A stretch of 64,000 bases of DNA from a bacterium (GTDB lineage: Bacteria; Zhuqueibacterota; Zhuqueibacteria; Residuimicrobiales; Krinioviventaceae), in NCBI GenBank assembly GCA_963693055.1, contig OY843751.1, positions 1,152,001 to 1,216,000 of the forward strand. The letters are read 5' to 3'. Positions 28,110-38,808 of this stretch are shown one piece after another (within the stretch, counting starts at the first letter, position 1; every line of letters begins with the position of its first letter). The notes under the pieces were generated by a model. That model saw nothing but the letters and a program-made list of their open reading frames with translations, had not been told where the DNA came from and made no database searches. Made by a program: the position numbers and the translations under genes.

Positions 28110-29534
28110 ATGTTAAAAAAAAACTGGGCTTTTATATATACGGTTTTTGTTTTTCTATTCGATATAACGTTGTTTAATTTGGCATTTAGATTTGCTATTT
28201 ATTTGCGTTTCCCGGATCTAAAAGACATATCCATGTATTATGAACCCTGGTTGTTTGTGAATATTCTTTTTGTTGTGCTAATTATATCTTTGGGGGTTTA
28301 CCGTGATTTTATGCAGAACACTCGGGATGTAAATGTACTAAACCAGCGTAAGCTTGCGTTTTATCTTGCTCTTATTACCATGTCCGCATTGTTTTTGGTA
28401 AAAGGGCACGAGTATTCTCGCGGTGTTATTGTTATCTTTATATTGACTCAATACTTTTTGATTGACTTTGGAAATGCAATACTACTAAATTTGAATAAAC
28501 GGTTATTGTCTAAGGGCTTTGGTAAACGCAATACTGTTATTGTAGGTGTTGATGAAATGGCCAAAGAGTTTGGTGAAAAGCTCAAGAATATTTTTGGGGA
28601 TTATTACCATATCATTGGTCATATGGAGAATGGTAGGTTAACCGAGCCTGATCCTACATTAGAGAATTTTACTATAGGAAAGCTTGAAAACCTTGAACAT
28701 ATGTATAATGATTTAAATATTGAACAGATATTTATTGTATCTTCGTCAATGTCCTTTCAGAAATATGAAAAAGTACGTCAATTCTGTCAAAGCAAAAATA
28801 TTAAACTAAAAATGGTTTCTCATATCATATATGATTTAATGGGCAATGCTAAAGTTAAGGATGTGACCGGAGTGCCGTTGTCCACTATACAGGGACGCTA
28901 CCGTTTTGAAAAATTTCAATGTATTACTAAACGAACTTTGGATCTAGTGTTATTGGCTGTTTCTAGTGTGTTTTTATTACCCGCAGGATTTATAATTGCA
29001 TTGTTGATTCGACTTACCTCTCCTGGTCCTGTTTTTTTTAAACAAAAACGTGCGTTATACAAAGGTGGAAAAGAATTTTTGTTTTACAAGTTTCGAACCA
29101 TGTATAATAATGCAGATGAGATAAAAGGAAAACTGCTAAATGAAAATGAAAGTAATGGCGCATTATTTAAAATGAAAAACGATCCACGTATTACACCTGT
29201 TGGTCGTTTTTTAAGAAAATATAGTCTGGATGAAATTCCCCAATTTATAAATGTGTTAAAAGGGGACATGAGTATTGTAGGTCCCAGGCCATTACCTTTA
29301 AAAGATTTTGATATGATCAAAAATGATAAAATAAATTATGACTGGTACGAGAAACGAGGAGAAACAAAACCGGGAATAACTGGTTTGTGGCAAATTTCAG
29401 GACGTAGTGATTTGACATTTGAAGAAATGTGTTTACTGGATCTTTATTATATTGAAAATAAATCAGTATTTTTTGATCTGGAAATTATGTTTGAAACCGT
29501 TCCTGTTGTTTTATTTGGTAAAGGTGCATATTGA
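28110..29534 (+). CDS. priming polyprenyl-phosphate glycosylphosphotransferase (WcaJ/WbaP type)
   Basis: N-terminal TM segments and a CoA_binding_3-like domain, then [29 protein letters not shown] and KPGITGLWQ. Confidence 0.92.
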   Translation: MLKKNWAFIYTVFVFLFDITLFNLAFRFAIYLRFPDLKDISMYYEPWLFVNILFVVLIISLGVYRDFMQNTRDVNVLNQRKLAFYLALITMSALFLVKGHEYSRGVIVIFILTQYFLIDFGNAILLNLNKRLLSKGFGKRNTVIVGVDEMAKEFGEKLKNIFGDYYHIIGHMENGRLTEPDPTLENFTIGKLENLEHMYNDLNIEQIFIVSSSMSFQKYEKVRQFCQSKNIKLKMVSHIIYDLMGNAKVKDVTGVPLSTIQGRYRFEKFQCITKRTLDLVLLAVSSVFLLPAGFIIALLIRLTSPGPVFFKQKRALYKGGKEFLFYKFRTMYNNADEIKGKLLNENESNGALFKMKNDPRITPVGRFLRKYSLDEIPQFINVLKGDMSIVGPRPLPLKDFDMIKNDKINYDWYEKRGETKPGITGLWQISGRSDLTFEEMCLLDLYYIENKSVFFDLEIMFETVPVVLFGKGAY

Positions 29535-29553
29535 TTTATTCAGAGAAGGACAA

Positions 29554-30510
29554 ATGAAAGATTATTTGAAAAAAAAGGTTTTAGTTACGGGTGGGGCTGG
29601 ATTTTTAGGAAGTCATCTTTGTGAACGGTTGCTCAAAGAAGGCAATGAAGTTGTTTGTGTTGACAATTATTATACCGGTACTAAGAATAATATAATAAAG
29701 ATTATTGATGATCCATATTTTGAGTTAATCCGGCACGATATTACATTTCCGGTTTATCTTGAAGTGGATGAGATTTATAATCTTGCTTGTCCTGCTTCTC
29801 CAATTCATTATCAAAGAGATCCGGTTCAAACAACTAAAACATCAGTTCATGGTGCTATTAATCTGCTTGGACTTGCCAAAAGACTCAAAATAAAAATATT
29901 GCAAGCCTCAACAAGTGAAGTTTATGGAGATCCTGCTGAACACCCACAAAAAGAATCCTATTGGGGAAATGTAAATCCAATCGGATTTCGTTCATGTTAC
30001 GATGAAGGCAAAAGATGTGCAGAAACCTTGTTTTTTGATTATCATAGACAGCATAATCTGCCTATCAAGGTAATTCGTATTTTTAATACTTATGGTCCAA
30101 GAATGCATCCGAATGATGGACGTGTAGTCAGTAATTTTATTATGCAGGCTTTGCAAAATAAAGATATTACGATTTATGGTGACGGAAGCCAAACCAGATC
30201 ATTTTGTTATGTTGACGATCTAATTAATGGAATGATAAAAATGATGGCATCACCAAAGGATTTTACTGGTCCTGTTAACCTTGGCAATCCCCACGAATCC
30301 ACAATCCTTGAAATTGCTGAATTAATAGTAGAGTTGATAAATTCCAAATCTAAAATAATATTTCAGGAGCTTCCTGCTGATGATCCGGTTATGCGCAAAC
30401 CTGATATTTCTCTGGCTAATGATAAGTTAAACTGGCAGCCATCTGTGGAATTGGTTGATGGATTGAAAAAAACAATCAACTATTTTGAAAATCTTGTTAC
30501 TAAAAAATAG
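29554..30510 (+). CDS. UDP-glucuronate decarboxylase (UDP-xylose synthase)
   Basis: [37 protein letters not shown] and DDP motifs. ATG 29554 has an AAGGA ribosome-binding site. Confidence 0.92.
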   Translation: MKDYLKKKVLVTGGAGFLGSHLCERLLKEGNEVVCVDNYYTGTKNNIIKIIDDPYFELIRHDITFPVYLEVDEIYNLACPASPIHYQRDPVQTTKTSVHGAINLLGLAKRLKIKILQASTSEVYGDPAEHPQKESYWGNVNPIGFRSCYDEGKRCAETLFFDYHRQHNLPIKVIRIFNTYGPRMHPNDGRVVSNFIMQALQNKDITIYGDGSQTRSFCYVDDLINGMIKMMASPKDFTGPVNLGNPHESTILEIAELIVELINSKSKIIFQELPADDPVMRKPDISLANDKLNWQPSVELVDGLKKTINYFENLVTKK

Positions 30511-30524
30511 ATATTGGATATTTT

Positions 30525-32084
30525 ATGAAACGAATAGTTTTTTTAGTAGTATCAGTTCTAATTTTTAATATAAATTTATCAGCAATGACTTCTGAAACAT
30601 TGCCAACCCATCATTGGATATATGTACTAATTTCAGAATTTCAGGCAAGAGGCTATTTCCTGGAATTATCTCAAATGAATATGCCTTATACCCGAGGCGA
30701 TGTAGCAAACGCAATTCTAAATAACAAAAATAAAATTAAAGATTTGAATTTATACCAAGGTTGGATCAATGAACTTGAAAGTGAGTTCAAAAACGAAATA
30801 ACCGAAATAAATTTCAAGTCCCAGGAAACGAAAAATACACTGGTATTTCGTACCAAAGTAAACGCAAATCTTGATAATAACTCTAAAGAAACCAAGTATA
30901 AGGGAATCTATAGGGGCGGTGTTGGTATTAATTTTACTGAAAATATTTTTGCATTTAGTGGTGTAAATTTTAATCAATATGATTTAGATGATCCTGAATA
31001 TGCTGGTTATGAATGGCGGGGTATAACTGGATACACAGAGCAGGCTTATATTTCTTTTCAAAATAAAAGATTTTTGCTAAAACTGGGAAGAGATTACTTG
31101 CGCTGGGGAACTGGTAAAAACGGGACATTGGTTATGTCCAACATCGCAAGACCTTTAGACCAGATCTATGGCGATGCAAAGGTTGGACCTTTTAAATTCA
31201 GTTTTTTTACCTCTGAATTGGATCAATACGGATCAATCTATACTGAGGATGCGATAATTCCTGTGCGCAGATTTTTATCAGGCCACCGATTGGATCTTGT
31301 GTTGTTTAACGGAAAATTGCAAGCATCTGTTTCTGAACTTATGTTATATGGTGGGCAAGATAAAACCTTTGATGTAGTTTACAGTAATCCATTTATATTC
31401 TGGCATGGTGCGAATTATAATAATAAAAGTAATTCTGGTAATGTTTTACCTACAGTAGATGTGTTATATTATCCTGTAAGCAACTGGAAACTGTATGGAT
31501 CATTATTGATTGATGATATTCAAGTTGAGAAAACGGGCCCTGGAGATTTAGAACCCAATGAAATAGGATTTATTGGCGGAACTGAATATGCTGAACCTAT
31601 GGGTATTTCAGGGATGACGGTCAATGCCGAGTATACACGGGTTGCTAATCGTACATACAAAACTCCAAATCCACTTGAAACGTTTATTCATCGTAATGTG
31701 CCATTGGGACATCCGCTGGGAAATGATTTTGAACAATTGAATCTAGGCGTTAAATATTGGGTGAATTCTTTTTTCAAGACAGAGATTGATTATTTTTATA
31801 CTAAAAATGGTGAAGGAAGTATTTATACAACCTGGGATGATCCATGGATGGATTTTACCGTAGATGAAGGGTATGATGAACCTTTTCCTTTTGGAACAGT
31901 TGAAAAGGAAAATAGTATACGATTTAAAGCAATGTTGAATTATAAATACTGGGCAAGGCTGAATTTGGAATTATTATCCAGTTCTATTAAAAACAAAGCA
32001 AATGTTTCTGGTGATAATGATACAATGTTTCAATGGATTTTGAGTGTAGAATTGAACTATGACCATTTTTTTAGTTTTAATTAA
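30525..32084 (+). CDS. wzi: capsule assembly Wzi-family outer-membrane protein
   Basis: Signal peptide, PYTR, LGRD...WG.G..G.L..SN, GHRLD and PLGHPLG motifs, aromatic C-terminus. Last gene of the capsule locus. Confidence 0.8.
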   Translation: MKRIVFLVVSVLIFNINLSAMTSETLPTHHWIYVLISEFQARGYFLELSQMNMPYTRGDVANAILNNKNKIKDLNLYQGWINELESEFKNEITEINFKSQETKNTLVFRTKVNANLDNNSKETKYKGIYRGGVGINFTENIFAFSGVNFNQYDLDDPEYAGYEWRGITGYTEQAYISFQNKRFLLKLGRDYLRWGTGKNGTLVMSNIARPLDQIYGDAKVGPFKFSFFTSELDQYGSIYTEDAIIPVRRFLSGHRLDLVLFNGKLQASVSELMLYGGQDKTFDVVYSNPFIFWHGANYNNKSNSGNVLPTVDVLYYPVSNWKLYGSLLIDDIQVEKTGPGDLEPNEIGFIGGTEYAEPMGISGMTVNAEYTRVANRTYKTPNPLETFIHRNVPLGHPLGNDFEQLNLGVKYWVNSFFKTEIDYFYTKNGEGSIYTTWDDPWMDFTVDEGYDEPFPFGTVEKENSIRFKAMLNYKYWARLNLELLSSSIKNKANVSGDNDTMFQWILSVELNYDHFFSFN

Positions 32085-32105
32085 TATTTAATCCTTAATT
32101 GTTTA

Positions 32106-33179
32106 TTATGCTAACAATTTTATCCTTGTAAAAATATAATCCAGATAATCTTCATTTAAAACAAGACGATAATATCCTGAATCGTTTAATTGCTGTGGTT
32201 CGTGGGGATTATACTCCAGGTATTTCTTGTGCTTGTGTATATTAAACCAGTAAACTAGAAATATTTTTCCATCCTGAATTTCGATATTACTAATGCCTCT
32301 TTTTCCAATTGCACACCCGGTATTGAACAAACAGGGAATGATCATATCGTTATTGTATAAACTACTACGATTACCTAATTTTTTATTATTGGTATTAAAA
32401 AAATCCAGTTCCTTTTTTAAGCGAATAATTTCATCGTGAATATACTTCTTTTTTTCCTCATCTGCATTTGGGTAACCCCGAATTAGATTTTCCATTTCGA
32501 ACTTTATAAAATCCAGTTTTGATAAAGATTCAAACAAAGGGCGGTGAGTATGCCCTATAATAGTCATGAGTTTATTTTTGGTTGAAAAATTGTATACTTT
32601 TTTTTCAACCTTGAATCTTCTTTTGCTGTCATAAGCTGTAGAGCGGTTAGTTATGCCAAGGGGTTTTACAAAATAACGCAGCATGAATCCAAAAATCATA
32701 TTAAACTTGTCTATCATATGAGAAGCCTGGTGTCCGTGAATAATGAAAATTTTATTTTTTCCATATCTCAGCACCAGCGCAGGTAACAAATCCTTATTGA
32801 GTTTTTCATATTTCATAAACAAGTCATAATCGTGATTGCCAACAATCTTGAAAAGTTGATTTCTGTTTTTAAATTCTTTGAAAATGCGATATATCTTTTT
32901 CCATCTTTTTATGATGATAGATAATGGGAATTTTTGAAGCTCTTCAATATCGCCATTGAGGATCAATGTGTAATTGTTTTTAAGATAGTAATCTTGAAGG
33001 ACGGTTCTGAATAATCTTGAATTCTTTTTAAAATCGTCTTTTGAACCGCCATCACCTAAATGCAGATCACTGAATATTGCAATTTTTTCTTCAGGCCCGG
33101 GAGTATACTCTTTTGCTTCTTTTAAAAGCGTATACAAGTTTTCTTCTATTAAAAGTACTCGTTTTTTGTAACTCAACAT
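32106..33179 (-). CDS. calcineurin-like metallophosphoesterase
   Basis: SDLH, GD, GNHD, HGH and GHTH motifs all intact. Confidence 0.85.
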   Translation of the reverse strand: MLSYKKRVLLIEENLYTLLKEAKEYTPGPEEKIAIFSDLHLGDGGSKDDFKKNSRLFRTVLQDYYLKNNYTLILNGDIEELQKFPLSIIIKRWKKIYRIFKEFKNRNQLFKIVGNHDYDLFMKYEKLNKDLLPALVLRYGKNKIFIIHGHQASHMIDKFNMIFGFMLRYFVKPLGITNRSTAYDSKRRFKVEKKVYNFSTKNKLMTIIGHTHRPLFESLSKLDFIKFEMENLIRGYPNADEEKKKYIHDEIIRLKKELDFFNTNNKKLGNRSSLYNNDMIIPCLFNTGCAIGKRGISNIEIQDGKIFLVYWFNIHKHKKYLEYNPHEPQQLNDSGYYRLVLNEDYLDYIFTRIKLLA

Positions 33180-33675
33180 AATATGTCCAGATAAACATCC
33201 GCTTGAGATTAAATTTATAAAGATCTTTTATTAATTTCAAATTAAATAAATGTTATCAAAGAATTATTCTGTTTTTAACAAATCAGTAAAATAAAATATT
33301 CATATTTTTCAAACACTGGTGAACGTTTCTATAGATTATAAACTTGAGGGGAGTGGCAAACTCTTGATTGTTATTTTTAACATTTTAAGAAATCAAGCGA
33401 GATGTGAGTATAGCAGAAATTATTGCTAAATTCCTGTTAAAATACCCACCAGAATTGGAATAAAAAAATAGAAATACGGGTTTTGTTTTTGATTGAAATA
33501 CCCTGTACAAATACTAATATTAACTTTTGACTAAATCATGAAATGAAAAATATCAAATCATGAATTTTTTTAAGAGATTTTTATAAATAACTTGAATGTT
33601 GATTTGATTTGTAATAATTTGTTAAATGTACAGGATTAATTAATGTGATTTGAAAATGAAACCTGGAGGCGAAAC

Positions 33676-34089
33676 ATGGCTAACTACAAAATCAGTGACA
33701 TTGAAGGCATTGGACCTGCATATGCAGAAAAATTACAAAAAGTTGGTGTTCGTTCTGTGAGTGCTTTGTTAAAAAGAGGTGCAACTCGTAAAGGACGTGG
33801 TGAATTGGCTGAAAGCAGTGGTATTGATGAAACCTATATTTTGAAATGGGTAAATATGGCTGATTTGTATCGTATCAATGGTGTAGGTAGTGAGTATGCA
33901 GAATTGCTAGAAAAAGCAGGTGTAGATACTGTAAAAGAATTAAGAAATCGTAAACCAGAGAATCTTTATGAAAAGATGAAAGAAGTTAATTCTGAAAAAC
34001 GTGCGCTTGTACGGGTTTTACCTGGCTTGAAAAAAGTACAGGGATGGGTTGAAGAAGCTAAAAAACTTGATCCTGTAGTTACTTATTAA
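33676..34089 (+). CDS. DUF4332 helix-hairpin-helix protein
   Basis: IEGIGPAYAEKL...WVNMADLYRINGVGSEYAELLEKAGVDTVKEL. Confidence 0.85.
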   Translation: MANYKISDIEGIGPAYAEKLQKVGVRSVSALLKRGATRKGRGELAESSGIDETYILKWVNMADLYRINGVGSEYAELLEKAGVDTVKELRNRKPENLYEKMKEVNSEKRALVRVLPGLKKVQGWVEEAKKLDPVVTY

Positions 34090-34104
34090 GAAAAGGAAGT
34101 TAAA

Positions 34105-34539
34105 ATGGGAATGTTTGATTTTCTTAAAGATGTTGGTGCCAATCTTTTTGGTAAGGGAAACGAAGCTGAAAAAGTTAAAGAGCTTTTGGAAAAAGAATTG
34201 GGCAGCTCTATAACCAACCTGACAACAGCATTTGATGATGGTGTTGTAACCTTGACCGGAGAATGTGATACGGTAGCAACAAAAGAAAAAGCTGTTCTTC
34301 TTGCAGGTAATATCAAAGGTGTTGAAAAAGTTGTAGATGATCAGTTAACAGCACCACCTGCTGAGGAAGAAACCGAATTCTATACGATAAAATCAGGTGA
34401 TACTTTGTCAAAAATTGCAAAATCATATTATGGTAATGCAATGAAATACCCGGTTATTTTTGAAGCAAACCGTGAAGTCATTAAAGATGCGGATTTAATT
34501 TATCCGGGTCAAACCATACGAATCCCCAAATTGGGATAA
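34105..34539 (+). CDS. BON-LysM protein (Kbp/YgaU-like K+-binding protein)
   Basis: MGMFDFLKDVG N-terminus, BON domain, LysM YTIKSGDTLSKIA...IFEANR...IYPGQ. Confidence 0.88.
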   Translation: MGMFDFLKDVGANLFGKGNEAEKVKELLEKELGSSITNLTTAFDDGVVTLTGECDTVATKEKAVLLAGNIKGVEKVVDDQLTAPPAEEETEFYTIKSGDTLSKIAKSYYGNAMKYPVIFEANREVIKDADLIYPGQTIRIPKLG

Positions 34540-34555
34540 CTGAAAAGAGGGAAAA

Positions 34556-35140
34556 ATGTCAGGTTTTATTGACGAATTGATGCAATCTTTTGGACCTGAA
34601 ATTTCTAAGCAACTACATAATAATCTGGGCCTAAATACCAAAACTGCCCAACAACTCATTCCACAAGTAGCTCCATTAATATTGAGTGGTCTTCGTAAGC
34701 AAAAAGATGAATTTGGCGGTGAAGCTCGTGTTGATCATATTTTAAATAAATATGGCAGCGCAAGTGTTCTCAATAATATTGGGGAACTCTTTGCCGATAA
34801 ATCCCAGGATGATAGTCCTGATCCCAAACTGGGTGGATTATTGGGTGATTCAGGAGTTCAAGCTGCTGATTTATTATCCAAACAGTTCAATATCTCTGGC
34901 GATACTGCCGCCAAGATAATCCCAATGCTTGCACCTGTGATATTGGGTGCTTTGACCCAAAAACGAGATAGTGGTGCGGGGTCTGGTGGAATTGCGTCGT
35001 TACTTGATCAGGATGGTGATGGAAGTATTTTAGATGATGTTGCCAGTTTTATGATTCAGGGCCTTGGAAGTTCCAGTCGTTCAGGTTCTGGAAATGTTTT
35101 GGGTGGGTTACTAGGTGGTTTGTTCGGTAAAAAAAGATAA
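34556..35140 (+). CDS. DUF937 protein with EF-hand-like acidic motif
   Basis: Helical repeats, LLDQDGDGSILDD and a Gly-rich GGLLGGLFG tail. Confidence 0.8.
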   Translation: MSGFIDELMQSFGPEISKQLHNNLGLNTKTAQQLIPQVAPLILSGLRKQKDEFGGEARVDHILNKYGSASVLNNIGELFADKSQDDSPDPKLGGLLGDSGVQAADLLSKQFNISGDTAAKIIPMLAPVILGALTQKRDSGAGSGGIASLLDQDGDGSILDDVASFMIQGLGSSSRSGSGNVLGGLLGGLFGKKR

Positions 35141-35146
35141 GATATA

Positions 35147-35977
35147 ATGATAACTAACCAGATCAAAACAGTATTATTGATGACTGTTTTAACACTGTTA
35201 CTGATTTGGGTTGGAAATTTATTAGGCGGCCCCGAAGGTGCTTTTATTGCATTTTTACTGGCCGCCGCTTTAAATTTTTACTCATATTGGTTCAGTGATA
35301 AAATGGTGTTGAAACATTATAGGGCCATGGAGGTAGATGTTTCAAATCAACCCAGGCTTTATGGAATTGTTTCAAGATTGGTTGAAAAGGCCAATCTGCC
35401 TTTGCCTAAAATTTATTTGATCCCAGAAAAAAATCCAAATGCGTTTGCTACAGGACGGAATCCCAAACATGCTGCTGTTGCCGCAACAGAAGGTATTTTG
35501 CAGCTACTTGACGATGATGAGCTTGAGGGTGTAATGGCTCATGAACTTGCTCATGTAAAACATCGGGATATTTTGACTGGAACAATAGCAGCAACATTTG
35601 CGGGAGCTATAGCAATGCTTGGGCAAGTGGGACGATATAGCAGTGGGCGAAACAGAAACCGGTCTAACCCGGTTCTTTTATTGATATTGATTATTGGTGC
35701 TCCTCTTGCTGCAATGATTGTAAGAATGAGTATATCCAGAGTACGTGAATACTCTGCTGATAAAGGTGGTGCAGATATTTGTGGTAAACCATTGGCGCTA
35801 GCCAATGCTTTGCACAAGTTGAAACATGGAGTGGCCAAATATCCTTTGACTCGCGGAAATCCTGCACATTCACATATGTTTATTGTTAATCCTTTCCTGG
35901 GTAATTTGCAAAATTTATTAACAACACATCCCCCTATTGAAGAAAGAATTGCAAAACTCGAACAAATGACAGATTAA
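35147..35977 (+). CDS. htpX: membrane zinc metalloprotease (M48)
   Basis: PNAFATG, HELAH, SRVREY.AD and THP motifs. Confidence 0.92.
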   Translation: MITNQIKTVLLMTVLTLLLIWVGNLLGGPEGAFIAFLLAAALNFYSYWFSDKMVLKHYRAMEVDVSNQPRLYGIVSRLVEKANLPLPKIYLIPEKNPNAFATGRNPKHAAVAATEGILQLLDDDELEGVMAHELAHVKHRDILTGTIAATFAGAIAMLGQVGRYSSGRNRNRSNPVLLLILIIGAPLAAMIVRMSISRVREYSADKGGADICGKPLALANALHKLKHGVAKYPLTRGNPAHSHMFIVNPFLGNLQNLLTTHPPIEERIAKLEQMTD

Positions 35978-36015
35978 TCTGATATTATGATATTGATGCT
36001 ATACGGAGGTATGCA

Positions 36016-37413
36016 ATGAAAATAAGGTTTCTTGGCGGAGCTCGTATTGTTACCGGCTCGCAACATTTATTAGAAGTAAATGGTAAGAAAATATTACTCG
36101 AGTGTGGTTTGTACCAGGGACGGCGTAAAGATACGTACGAGTATAATAAAAATTTTATGTTTGATCCCTCTGATCTTGATGCAATGATTTTGTCTCACGC
36201 GCACATTGATCATAGTGGTAATATTCCCAACCTGGTAAGTAAAGGCTTTACCGGCCCCATTTATACTACAAGTGTTACTGTGGATTTGTGTCAATTTATG
36301 CTCAGAGACTCTGCGTATTTACAGGAAAAAGATGTAGAGTGGGTAAATAAACGTAAACAAAAAAAAGGTGAAACGCTTGTAGAACCATTGTATACAATGG
36401 ATGATGTTGAACTGGCCATGAATCAGTTTGTTGGAATGCAATATGATTATACTTTTGAGATTGTTCCCGGTGTTAAAGTAACATTTAGAGATGCGGGCCA
36501 TATACTGGGTTCTGCAAGTGTGTTACTGGAGATTAATGAAAATGGTAAAAAATATCGTCTGGGATTTACAGGAGATATGGGCCGAACCAATATGCCAATT
36601 ATTCGGGACCCCAATCAATTGCGTGATCTGGATATATTAATAATGGAAAGTACATATGGGGACAGAGTTCATGATGCATCTCCTGATGTTGAAAAGAGAT
36701 TTTCAGAAACAATCAAACGCGTTATTGACAGAGGTGGAAAGATAATTGTACCCGCATTTGCTGTAGGACGTACACAATTGCTTGTATATGAATTACATAA
36801 ATTATTTGATCAGAACCGAATTCCCAATATTCCAATATATGTAGATAGCCCTATGGCATGTAATGCAACTGATGTTTTTAGAATGCATCCCGAGTGTTAT
36901 GACAGGGAGACATATCGCTTGTTTGCTTCTGACCATGAAGATCCTTTTGGCTTTGGACGTTTAAAATATATTAGAAAAGCAGAAGAGTCCAAGTTGCTGA
37001 ATACAACTGACAATCCGTGTGTTATTATTTCGGCTTCGGGAATGGCAGAAGGTGGTAGAATTATGCATCATTTGAGAAATAATATTGGTGATCCCAAAAA
37101 TCTTGTACTTTTCGTTGGGTATGCTGCAGAGCATACACTGGCCCGCAAGATAATGGATGGTGAAAAGATAGTCAAGATTTTTGGTGAAGAACATGCTGTT
37201 CGTTGTGAGGTAGAAAAAATTGATGATTTTAGTGCCCATGCGGATAGAGATGAAATGATAGAGTACTTGAAATTCATAAAGCCGGACCAGTTAAAGCATT
37301 TATTCCTTGTTCATGGAGAAGAAGAACAAGCATTGCCCTTTAAGAAAAAGTTGGAATCTTTGGGGTATAAAAATGTTTATTTCCCAGAAAGAGGAAGTGT
37401 TTATACGGTGTAG
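36016..37413 (+). CDS. MBL-fold beta-CASP ribonuclease
   Basis: VTGS, SHAHIDH, AGHILG, FTGD, ESTYG, PAFAVGR, SAHAD and VHGE motifs. Confidence 0.9.
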   Translation: MKIRFLGGARIVTGSQHLLEVNGKKILLECGLYQGRRKDTYEYNKNFMFDPSDLDAMILSHAHIDHSGNIPNLVSKGFTGPIYTTSVTVDLCQFMLRDSAYLQEKDVEWVNKRKQKKGETLVEPLYTMDDVELAMNQFVGMQYDYTFEIVPGVKVTFRDAGHILGSASVLLEINENGKKYRLGFTGDMGRTNMPIIRDPNQLRDLDILIMESTYGDRVHDASPDVEKRFSETIKRVIDRGGKIIVPAFAVGRTQLLVYELHKLFDQNRIPNIPIYVDSPMACNATDVFRMHPECYDRETYRLFASDHEDPFGFGRLKYIRKAEESKLLNTTDNPCVIISASGMAEGGRIMHHLRNNIGDPKNLVLFVGYAAEHTLARKIMDGEKIVKIFGEEHAVRCEVEKIDDFSAHADRDEMIEYLKFIKPDQLKHLFLVHGEEEQALPFKKKLESLGYKNVYFPERGSVYTV

Positions 37414-37429
37414 ATAGTCTGCATTTTAT

Positions 37430-37465
37430 AAAAGCTGCTTAAATAAAAATGAGCAGCTTTTTTTT
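37430..37465 (+). terminator. intrinsic terminator
   Basis: aaaagctgctt-N10-gagcagctttt followed by a T run. Confidence 0.8.
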
Positions 37466-37509
37466 GTTGAATAATGCTGTGATTTGATTTGATCCTAAAT
37501 TTGAAATGC

Positions 37510-37538
37510 TTGAGTTTATGTACGATTAGTGTTATATT
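37510..37538 (+). promoter_or_regulatory. putative sigma70 promoter of the LOV-phosphatase gene
   Basis: TTGAGT-N17-TATATT, followed by an AAGGA ribosome-binding site and GTG at 37563. Confidence 0.55.
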
Positions 37539-37562
37539 CTATCTTAATAATTAAGGATTAAC

Positions 37563-38741
37563 GTGGTTTCATTTTTAACACAAAATAACGCAAGCATTAT
37601 TGAGCAGGCCATTAATGTATCTACTGAAGGCATTGTTATTACAGATGCACTTGATTCTCAAAATCCTATTGTGTATGTAAATAAAGGTTTTGAAAAAATA
37701 ACGGGATACACCAGGGATGAAATTATTGGCAAGAATTGCAGAATGCTTCAGGGGGCAGGTACCAATATTTCTGCTGTAGCAGCAATCAGCAATGCTGTTA
37801 GTGAAAAATCTGCATGTACTGTAGAGTTGATAAATTACCGCAAAGATGGCTCTCCCTTTTGGAACCGATTATCAATAACACCTTTGCGTAATATAGATGG
37901 AATTACCACTCATTTTGTGGGGGTACAATCAGATATTACAGAACTCCGTAATACCAAAGAAGAACTAGAAAAAGCCAATGCCCAGCTGGAAACATTTTTT
38001 ACAGAGATGATACGTGAAATGGAGCAGGCTCGTATAGCCCAGGAACATCTTATGCCACGCGAACTGCCAGAGTCCAGCTTTGTAAAATTTGCCGTCAAAT
38101 ATGATCCCCTTGAACAAATTGGTGGTGATTTTTATGATATTTTTGAATTGGGTGGGCATAATTATGGAGTTTTGTTGGCCGATACTACGGGGCATGGTAT
38201 ACCCGCGGCATTGTTAACATTCATGACTTCTAATACGTTCAAGGGAGCATACCCAGGGGAATTGTCTACTAGAAAAGTTATCGAAAAAACAAATAATACA
38301 CTTTTTAAACAAATGCCGGATGGAACATTTGTAACCATGTCTTATATGGTTTATAATTCAAAATCTAGAGAATTGTATTTTACACAAGCTGGTAGTCCCG
38401 CTGCCTTGTTGATTCGGACCCGTAAGAATACTGTTGATATATTGAGAACTCGAGGTACATTGGTTGGTATCATTCCTCCTGAAATAGCAAGATATGATCA
38501 AATTAAATTAGAATTACAAGCCGGCGATAAAGTACTATTGTTTACTGATGCTGTACTTGAGGCAAATAATTTAACAGGGGATATTCTTGATATTGAAACC
38601 TTGCAACAGTTTGTTCTGCAAAATATTAATCTACCCATTGAAAAATTAATAGATAGTGTTTACCAATTTGGACTCACTGCTGCTAACCGAGCAAAATATC
38701 TGGATGACGCAACACTCGTGGGATTTCAGGTATTATCATAG
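37563..38741 (+). CDS. LOV-domain (flavin blue-light sensor) SpoIIE/PP2C serine phosphatase, RsbU/RsbP-like
   Basis: GKNCRMLQG, NYRKDG.PFWN and FVGVQ.DIT (LOV), a coiled coil, then GGDFYD, ADTTGHG, FTD and DD (PP2C metal ligands). Confidence 0.92.
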   Translation: MVSFLTQNNASIIEQAINVSTEGIVITDALDSQNPIVYVNKGFEKITGYTRDEIIGKNCRMLQGAGTNISAVAAISNAVSEKSACTVELINYRKDGSPFWNRLSITPLRNIDGITTHFVGVQSDITELRNTKEELEKANAQLETFFTEMIREMEQARIAQEHLMPRELPESSFVKFAVKYDPLEQIGGDFYDIFELGGHNYGVLLADTTGHGIPAALLTFMTSNTFKGAYPGELSTRKVIEKTNNTLFKQMPDGTFVTMSYMVYNSKSRELYFTQAGSPAALLIRTRKNTVDILRTRGTLVGIIPPEIARYDQIKLELQAGDKVLLFTDAVLEANNLTGDILDIETLQQFVLQNINLPIEKLIDSVYQFGLTAANRAKYLDDATLVGFQVLS

Positions 38742-38808
38742 TTAATTACCTCTTTATTTTCAATCTTGTTAAATAATACGCAAATATTTAAGGTATTGCG
38801 TGCCTGAA

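Noticed and set aside
33180-33675. Long intergenic region as ncRNA or riboswitch, the direct repeat AAATCATGAA at 33533 and 33555, and a sigma54-like TGGCAAACTCTTGAT near 33354
   Set aside because: No convincing stable structure. The repeat is short and AT-rich, and the sigma54-like site has wrong spacing and lacks the -12 GC.
36016-37413. Beta-CASP nuclease or the metallophosphoesterase (32106-33179) as anti-phage defence genes
   Set aside because: Both look like widespread housekeeping-type families, with no adjacent defence ATPase, cyclase or effector.
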